Assembly (NCBI GenBank): GCA_964016885.1
Contig: OZ024745.1
Coordinates: forward strand, 106,144,001-106,208,000
Direction: 5' to 3'
DNA: 64,000 bases
DNA from: Eledone cirrhosa
Taxonomy: Eukaryota
A model generated the notes under the pieces. The model saw nothing but the letters and a program-made list of their open reading frames with translations. It was not told where the DNA came from and did no database searches. A program made the translations under genes and the position numbers. Below are positions 55,083-64,000 of this stretch, piece by piece; the first letter of the stretch is position 1; each line of letters opens with the position of its first letter.

Positions 55083-55813
55083 AACTCATCAATATGATTG
55101 ACTGACTTGTCATTTTAACTGTTTTAGTTAATGTTTATATATGTATGTAGTACACAGCATGTTAATACAGCCACTTAAAGAATTCCCTTTTTGTCTGTTT
55201 AGCATAATTGAGTCTCTTAGCTTAGTGTGCGATAAACTATATTCCATAAACTATATGATTTTTCTAAACGTGTCTACATTACTACAACCACCAAAGTACA
55301 TTTACTTAGTGATTATCTCATCATTAGTTTAGAAAATAGCTCACGCCTATTTTTTCCGATGAGCACTTAATAAACCCGAATCATACCTGAGGTTATTTCC
55401 TATAGCTGCCTAAATGATTCAATATGGCACAATATTGTTCTTTTTTTTTCTCACCCATTAAACGCATATTTCTATTTAGCATTTTAATGTTCTTCAAATT
55501 AAACTAAACATATTTCCACAACATTTTAACTATATGTTTGTAATGCTGTACTTCGGGAAGACATCTTAAATATAAGTCTAGTTGTCATTAGATATCGTTA
55601 AATTTGTTGAGTCACCTGCAACGTAGAGGAATCTATAAACAGGAAACTAGTTGTTGGTCATTAGAAAGAAACTTATATGATTGCGAGCCGTCTCCTTTCA
55701 GAAAAATATTAATTTATTTTTATATTTGTATCGTTAAACGTAATCAACTTGCCAGATTTGCATCGAAGAACATGATGGCTTTCAATGATAGATTTACGCG
55801 CGCGCGCACGCGC

Positions 55814-55880
<67 letters not shown>

Positions 55881-56517
55881 AGAGTGGATGTGTGTGTGAG
55901 TGTGTGTTTGTGCATGTGTGTGTGTGTGTATGTGTGTGAGTGTGGATGAGTGTGTGCATGTCTTTGTGTGTGTGTGTGTGTGTGTGAGTGTGGATGAGTG
56001 TGTGCATGTCTTTGTGTGTGTATGCCCGTCTACGTGTGTGTGAGTGTATGTGTATGTATGTGTATATGTATGTCTTTGAGGATGAGTGTGTGTGACGGTA
56101 TTAATATTGTGTCTTAGAGATGCGATATGGCGAAGGTATATGTAGTTGATTATGAAGATGAGTTTGTCTCGGACTCTTTGTGATCGTCTGCTATGTTTAG
56201 TGGTGGTGATATTGTTGTTATGTTAACGTTGTTGCTGTTGTTATTGTTGTTGTATGTGTGTTTTCATTCTTTCTTTTCAATCCTTCCAGCAATTTTTCAG
56301 GTCATCCACTCGTTTATTCATTCATTTTATTTTTATTCACACTTAAGTCTCTGCCAAGATTAACATTCCCATAACAAGCCATATGTCAACACGGCGCCCT
56401 TAGGACTATATCAGGAGTTCACAGCCCATGGATGGATGAATGAATTTATTTATTTATGCCAACTTATTTATTCGGTCTGCTATTTCTTTATTTCATTATT
56501 CATGGCATTATATGCCC

Positions 56518-56644
<127 letters not shown>

Positions 56645-56710
56645 CAAAGAGATATTTATATATATATACGATATTAAACAAATGGAAACTATATTTATAT
56701 TTATAAAACC

Positions 56711-56786
56711 ATATTTATTTCGTTATATATATTTCTGGGATATCATATTAAAAATATGTTATGCCTTCCTCAGACAAAATACAATA
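56711..56786 (-). ncRNA. Hammerhead family A
   Basis: CTGAGGA (complement of 56767-56773), intact GAAA, and a compensatory G-C pair in stem I. Confidence 0.8.
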
Positions 56787-57299
56787 CATAAGCTGTTTTA
56801 TAAATAATTAGTGACATACCTTGTAATAATGCAACTTCCTTTTAAAAAGTTGATTTGGTAGTGAAACTGTTATGATAGTTATATAGAAAGAAAACGAAGA
56901 TGAGAAGAAGAAGATGAAGAGATGTATGCAAATAAAAAAAAAAGAAGAAGATGAAGAGATGTATGCAAAGAAAAACAACGGAGCGAGATAGAGAGACAAG
57001 GAGAGAGAGAAATACATTGATGGTGAAAAATCATAGTAGGCTGCTTTTTGACAGATGATCATCGTATATGTGAGAGGTTAAGGGAAGGGATACAGTTAAA
57101 TTAGTGTATAGGAGAAAAAGAAAGAAAGATGATATATTTAAAATATATTAAAAATATATTATGTCTCATCCATTTGAATTATCAATTTTTATGAATTAGG
57201 TATTATAATGTAAATATCAGTATTCATGAATGAGACACATATCCATAATGTGTGAAAAACATGACCACATGCTCAGTTAAAAATTCTTAGGTCTATAAG

Positions 57300-57580
57300 C
57301 AAAATCTTTTATATCAGTTATAAAATATTTATAACTGATATAAAAGATTGTAACCCAACAATCTTAAATAAAACTTTTGCATATATATATATATATATTT
57401 ATTAAAATAACAGATTAAAGTTTAAGCAAAGAATCGCTGCTTTCACCCTTAACGGGATCTTCTGAAATGAGTTTCAGAAGATACCGTTAAGGGTGCTCTA
57501 CGGTTCTTATATATTTGATATATATTTATCCTTATCGAGCCCTCTTTGGATTTTAGTCTTCAAATTTATTATTATTACTA
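57300..57580 (-). mobile_element. Composite of family A end module (57306-57381) and family E element (57396-57580) with fold-backs
   Basis: Matches to 5455-5515, 39911-39990 and 18345-18430. Confidence 0.7.
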
Positions 57581-57594
57581 TTATTATTATTATT

Positions 57595-57672
<78 letters not shown>

Positions 57673-59045
57673 AAAACTAAGATAAATCAAAGTGAATTTA
57701 ATCTAAATCAAAATTATGGGTGTCATGCCAGAAAGGCATGCGCCATATCACCCGTAAAATAAGCTCCAAGATTCTAATGAATAGGTCCGAGCATTTTATA
57801 ACAACTAGAAATCGATTAACATATAAATAAACATATGAAACAATCACTGGGGATAATTTTTACAAATTATTTGAACTTAATGCGTAAACACAGATGACTG
57901 GACTTCTTCCTTGTTGAAAATCCAAGTATCGGCCTCCGTGGTTTACCATTCGATTAATTGGTGAAATATATTTCTTTAATGGAATATATACAGGGAATAT
58001 TAATCATATTATAAGGTATCTATTTTTGAAGTTCTAGTTAACTTTATTTAGTTACCTACCTAGCTATGTGTGCTTACACACTTGTAAAAATTATCCGCAT
58101 TATTCATATGTTTATTTATGTTAATCGATTTCTAGTTGTTATATATATATATATATATATATATGTCTATCTATCTATCTCTCTCTCTCACTCTCTCTCT
58201 CTATCTATTTCTATCTCTCTCACCCACTCACTGCCTCTCCCTCTCTTTCTCTTTCTCTCCCTCTCCCTTTATCTCTCTCACACTCTCACTCTCTCTCTAT
58301 CTATCTATCTTTCCCTCTCTCTCTCCCTCACTTTCTCACACTCTCATTCTCTCTTTCTCTCTTTTTCTCCCTCTCCCTCTCTCACTTTCATTCTCTATTT
58401 CTCTCACTTTCTCTCACTCTCCCTTTCATTTTCTATTTCTCTCTCTCTCACCCTCCCTCTCTCTCTCATTCTCTATTTCTCTCTCTCTCCCTCCCTCCCT
58501 CTCTCTCATTCTCTCTATATATCTATATCTCTCTATCAATCATTCATTCATGTATCTCCTGGTAAAATTCAATCTTTTCCTTCGTTTTCCCAGAGATTTG
58601 TTCAGTCATTCCACTATTCCATTATTTTCGATTTCATGAATGTCCTTTATAATTCCGTCAGCTTTTCAGTCTTCCAGTATTTTATTTTCGGGCATATTTT
58701 TCTATTTTTCTTGCTTCCGCCACATAATTTACATCCATTTTTCCTGTTCTGTTTATTCATTTTATCCCATTATTCTGTTCTTCTTGGTTGACTGTCTCGT
58801 AGTTTTTTTGTTGTCATATATATATATTTTATATATGTATATTTCATTTATTTCTTAAACCTTCTTCTTCTTCTTCTTCTTAATATCATTATTATTATTA
58901 TGGTTGTTGTTGTTGTTGTTATTATTGTTATTATCATTATGATTATTATTATCATTATCATTATTATTATCATTATGGTTGTTGTTCTTGTTGTTATCAT
59001 TGTTGTCATTATTGTTGTTAACATTATTATTATTATTATTATTAT

Positions 59046-59162
59046 TATTCCTTGAATCTCTGTCATTGATGTTAGTTAACTGCAGCCTCAGATATTCAGG
59101 ACGTATCGGAGGGTTCTTGCTGTTCTAAGCAAGCATGCCTTTTGAAGCGTTCCAAAAAGCGT

Positions 59163-59163
<1 letters not shown>
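59046..59163 (-). mobile_element. R4/Dong 3' stub in (TAA)n
   Basis: Reverse complement of 23969-24120 with an internal deletion. Confidence 0.85.
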
Positions 59164-59227
<64 letters not shown>

Positions 59228-59443
59228 GAATGCCATGGTTGACGGAGGCTCGGCTCTGTAAGGTATAGTAATATTTAACCGTTAAAACAATTGTAAATAG
59301 TTTAAAACTTGAACCAAATTGTTGATAAAGACACCCTCCTCCTCGTGAGAGGGGTCTTTATGTCCGTTATTTGGCCCTTCGGGGTTAAATAACCAGTTAT
59401 TGGGGTTTTGTACCCAATATTCATTTTAAACCGTAAAAAAAAC

Positions 59444-61516
59444 ATGGCTACAAAAAAGAATTTTCACAAGTCACACCCACTCCTTCTGTCTTCTTCATTA
59501 CGTCAGAGAAAAGATTGTCTCTCTCCCTCACTTCTCTAAATGTGGTGTCGCCTCTGTCGCCTCTTTCGCAAGCGACGCCATTAAAGAAAAAGAAAAATGT
59601 AGTTTCTCGTAGCGTTCTTCATCAAGAGAACGCGCGTACCGTGGAACATTTCTCCACGACGACGACAACAACGAAAGATGTGTGCGGTAAATACGGAAAG
59701 CTATTTCATTTGAAGAATAGCAGCAGCAGCCGTAATAACAGCAGCAGTGGCGAGGAAAATACTAGTAGCAGCCGCAACAACATCATCAGCAGCATAAACA
59801 ACAGCAGCAGCAGCAGCAACAACAACAACAACAACAGCAGCAGCAGCAACAGCAGCAACAACAACAAAAGCAACAGCGGCGGCGGCGGTCGTAGTACCAG
59901 CAGCAACAACAAAAGTAACAGCAGCTCTGACGACAACAACAACAAGAAAGAAAAACCAATTTCGTTTGCAAGTATCGCAAAGAACCTGGAAACCATCCTC
60001 ATAACAAATGAGGAATTACAGGAAGCAAGGAAGATGGTGACGTAAACCGGACACCGAGCAATCTGCAAAGCAGCCGAAGAAAAATTTCGAAACCCTACAG
60101 CACTGTACGGTCACGTAACGTACAGTAAGCACAAAATCACGTAAGGTTGAAAGAGCCACAGAGGCTCAAATACAAAAAGCCTTAGGGTCTGTGTGGCAGC
60201 GGAAAACGCATATCACCCGAGGCAAGAAATATGCCACCGTGGACGTGCTTTTTGCCAAACCCCAGGATGCAAAGGCTCAATCCTTAGTAATCCTAAGGAG
60301 CGAGGAAATGGTGTTGGTGCCCTCCTACTGCGGGCAAAAAATTGTGAGGGTCAAACTGACCCAAGTCCCCCTCGGGATGGCCCTTTCTTGGCTGGCCGCG
60401 TCTGTCCTCGTCAGAATCGAGGACAAAACAACCGTACTGCAAGTACAGAAAAAAGTACGAGAAGATTGGGTCGGCGCCTCCATTGAGATGTTAATTCACA
60501 CCAGCCAGGAGTGCATCGAAGCTATCCCGGATGTGATAGACTTCGATAACCGCATTCAACTTCCCATAAGTGTTGAGGGCAAACGCCCGAAATGCTTTCG
60601 CTGTGGGTCGAAGACTCACCTCAGGGCCTTCTGCAATGAGAAGACCCTGAGAAAGGAGGAAAACCCCCCTCCTTCCGAAACCGGCTCCACTGCTACCAGC
60701 AACAGGACAGGCGGCAAGCAGGAAGGATAGGTCCGTGGCACCCATACCCATGCCACGGAAATCAAGAACAGCAGCAACAGTGGAAGTATTAACAACAACA
60801 ACAGTAATACCAACTGCAGCTGCAACAGAGACTCCACTGCAGCCATCACCAACAAGAACAAGTGAAAGAGTGGAGCTGGTACCTCTCCCCGACCTCACAG
60901 AATCAGACATGGAATGTGAGGTGGGAGAAGGATGGCAAAAGGTCGCAAGAAGGCACCAACGCAGAAGCAGCGTATCGTCGCCTTCGAAAAGGGAGGGAAG
61001 AGATGAAAAAAGGGTGAAGGCTACGGCAAAGAGACTTACAGCAGCAACACCACCAACACCATCACCACCGGCGGCAACCCCACCGCCAACAACAACAACA
61101 CCTTCAACAACACCACCGCAAGCCGCAACATCGCAAACACTACAACAAAACACACACACCCAGCAACAACGACAAGAAAATAGCAGAACCACACCCCACC
61201 CGCAGAAAAAGAAATGCACAGCAATAAATACACATACAAGAAACTAATGACTTACATAATTGAACACACAGACATTTCACAGCACGACTACATAATACCA
61301 GCACCAATCAAAACACCAACGAACATAAGACTGGTAGGAATATCACAGAAACAATACACAAACATTAAAATGAAATTCCCCAACGCAGTTGGTGATTTCA
61401 GAGACCTAGGAGGGACACGCAACCGGAGAGTATACTCGGATATACTCACAGAAGAGCCGCCGACCAGCCGAAGGGACGATTCAACGGTCCCTTCACCAGA
61501 CGACCAAGGTAAGTGA
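59444..61516 (+). pseudogene. LINE ORF1, disrupted; CCHC zinc knuckle and low-complexity tracts
   Basis: VEGKRPKCFRCGSKTHLRAFC and the WQKV motif, with several stops and frameshifts. Confidence 0.75.
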
Positions 61517-61548
61517 TCCTTTCTCACTTGCCCCGTTCCTCACCCAAC

Positions 61549-64000
61549 ATGGCCGTATTCAGGATCAGAAGTGTAAACGTGCGTGTCTTGAGCTCGGTTT
61601 GGAAGCAGGGCCACCTGCTCAACGACCTCAGGTCACTAAACATAGATGTGGTGGCCATCAGCGAGACGAGAATCTCCGAAACGTAAGCTTTCGCACCGAT
61701 CTTCGACGGTTACGAGGTGTACGCATCTCCGAGCCGTCCGGGGGTGAGGGGCGGAGTAGCTGTGTTGCTTCGGAAAGGCTTGGGTCTCGCCATAAGGACC
61801 ATCTTCCTGGACCCAGAAGGTAAGTCGGTGGTGCTGGACGTAAGCGGCACCGAAGGCAACGCTTTCGGGCTAGTAGCCGTCTATGCCCCGACAGGGACAG
61901 GACGGCCAGATTTCTTCAGACGTCTAGAGACCTTTCTTGGAACGTCCCGCTCTTTAGTGTTAGTGGGCGACTGGAACGGTATCTTGGATGCACGCTGGGA
62001 TTGTGTGGGGCTAGTGGATAGGGGAGGAGGGTGCAAGAGCCTCACCAATCTGCTTAGTTTTGAACTGTCTGTCAGGTATCGACTGGATCACTCGAATGTG
62101 CCAATATGGAAATGGACAAACCGCGTCGGGTCATCCAGATCGTATATCGATAGGGTATTCTGCAGAGAATTAGATAAAGCTAGTATAAGTTGGCCACAAT
62201 TTAAAATAGTCGACTACACAGACCACAAATTTGTGAACTATGAGATCGACATAGACATACTCCATAGACAAGGGCCCGGTTACTGGAAGCTGAACGCGTC
62301 TTTCCCGGCGCGCAAAGCCTACAGAGACCGGATTAACGTATTAGTTAAGCGGGCGTTGACGGGAGCGGTCGTCAACAACAGGTGGTGGTTCGCCCTGAAA
62401 AGAGCAATTAAAGTAGAGTCGATTAGATTTAGCAAAGGACTAGTGATAGAGGAAAATAGAGTAGAGGGAGAGCTAGTCAGAAAGCTAGAAGAGGCGTTTA
62501 GGACAGGCATCGCAACCGACGTGCTTGCGGCGAGATTGGCACTCGACCAATTTTTCAACGCAAAACACGATATGCGTTGTCAGAGCTAGAGCGGGTGCTC
62601 TGAAACACGCGGGGACAAAAGCCGTCCAATGGGCGCAGGTGGCAGAGGCGCGACGTGGCAACAAAGCCACAATTTGGTCTTTGTCTGACCAAAACGGGTG
62701 CGTGTTGCTTGAACCCGAGCAGATGTGTGAAGCTTTTCAGCAGTACTTTGCTGAACTGTTCGGGAGCAGCGGCGGACCGGATCGGGGTATGGACTTCAGT
62801 GCATACCTCGATTGACTGCCTCGGCTCTCGACGACCGCAGCACAGTGTTGCGAAAAGCCAATAACAGCCGGTGAAATACGGGAAGCGATGGCTAACTGCA
62901 CGAGGGGTAAATCGCCAGGTTTGGATGGTCTGCGCTACGAGCTTTATACATTTATGCCAGACTTGTTCGGTGAACTCTTGGCAGACGTCTACTGCAACTG
63001 GCAGCAGAACGGAAGCATTCCTAGTTTTGTGAGCTGGGGAGCGGTGGCGCTGCTGAGAAAAGACCCGAACAAGTTATCGATAACTTCAGGCCCATAACCC
63101 TGCTAAACGCAGAGTTCAAGATTTTGGCCAAGGTGTTAGCAACGAGGTTGGCGCTTGTCGTCAAGGGTCTGGTGGGAGAGGCGCAGACATGCGCCATTCC
63201 GGACAGATCCATACACGACAACCTCCACCTCATGCGATACATCATAGAGAGGGTAGTTAAGGAACCTGGCACGGGTGGGGCCCTGGTCAACTTGGATCAA
63301 TCCAAAGCATTCGATAGGGTCGACCATCGGTACCTGGCGGCAGTCCTCGAGGCAGCTGGTTTCGGGCCCGTTTTCAGGGGTTGGATCGCTGCGATGTACA
63401 GCGACATCTGCTCAGTTGTGAGGGTGAACGGTCACCTGTCGCAGCCGTTCAGCATCATGCGCTCGGTCCGCCAGGGTTGTCCCCTCTCGTCCCTCTTGTA
63501 CGGATTGGCTCTCGAGCCGTTACTGCACAAACTGGGGGTGATGAGGGGCGTCCAACGCGAACTAGGATGCGAGAAATCCGAGTCGGCTCACGCCGACGAC
63601 GTCACCGTCGTGGTGTCGAGCAACAAAGACGTCCAGATGCTCGGCACCGCTCTCAAGGAATACGAAGCGGTGACAGGAGCAAAGATAAACCAGGAAAAGT
63701 CGGTGGGCTTGCAGCTCGGCACCTGGAGAGGCAAGTCCATGCCGTCCGACAGCGTCGTGGGGCGTTGGACGAACGGACCGGTTAAATTGCTCGGGGTCTG
63801 GTTCGGACCTCCAGATGGAGAAAAACTGGAACGAGGTTACGGGCAAGGTGGCCTCCCTCACCCTGAAATGGGCCGAGAGGAAGCTGTCCCTGAAAGGACG
63901 GGCGGAGGTGGCGAATGCGTACATCGCATCCGTCATCTGCTACCGCCTCACCGTCGTCCCTTGTCCCTGCCCAACTCTCCCCCAAAATGGAGCGCCTCCT
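61549..64000 (+). pseudogene. LINE ORF2, disrupted; APE endonuclease and reverse transcriptase
   Basis: NVR..DVVAISET, VYAP, GDWN, IDR, TDH; KSPGLDGL, RPITLLN, DQSKAFDRVDH, VRQGCPLS, HADDV. Confidence 0.9.

Larger units (their letters stand above)
59229..64000 (+). mobile_element. Tx1/L1-clade LINE, near full length, running off the window
   Basis: 5'UTR, ORF1 and ORF2 (APE then RT) in order. Confidence 0.9.

Overview
AT-rich, microsatellite-dense animal genomic DNA, intergenic or intronic. The SINE, LINE and microsatellite repertoire resembles a cephalopod (Octopus-type) genome; this is an inference. No host exon can be supported. Contents: a Penelope-like element (PLE) RT with one in-frame stop at the left edge; a near full-length decayed Tx1/L1-clade LINE at the right edge; RTE, R4/Dong and CRE LINE fragments; about 30 copies of one tRNA-derived SINE, two sets of them in tandem arrays; two Helitrons; a deleted mariner; and a probable solo LTR. 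The most interesting signal lies in short non-coding modules wedged between (TA)n tracts. At least four distinct families of type I hammerhead ribozyme (about 15 copies) sit in fold-back inversions and in a 469-bp tandem-plus-inverted array, as expected of PLE terminal repeats or retrozyme-like non-autonomous RNAs. One family shows compensatory base changes. Another consistently has a non-canonical CAGAAGA core. All folds were done by eye and activity is untested.
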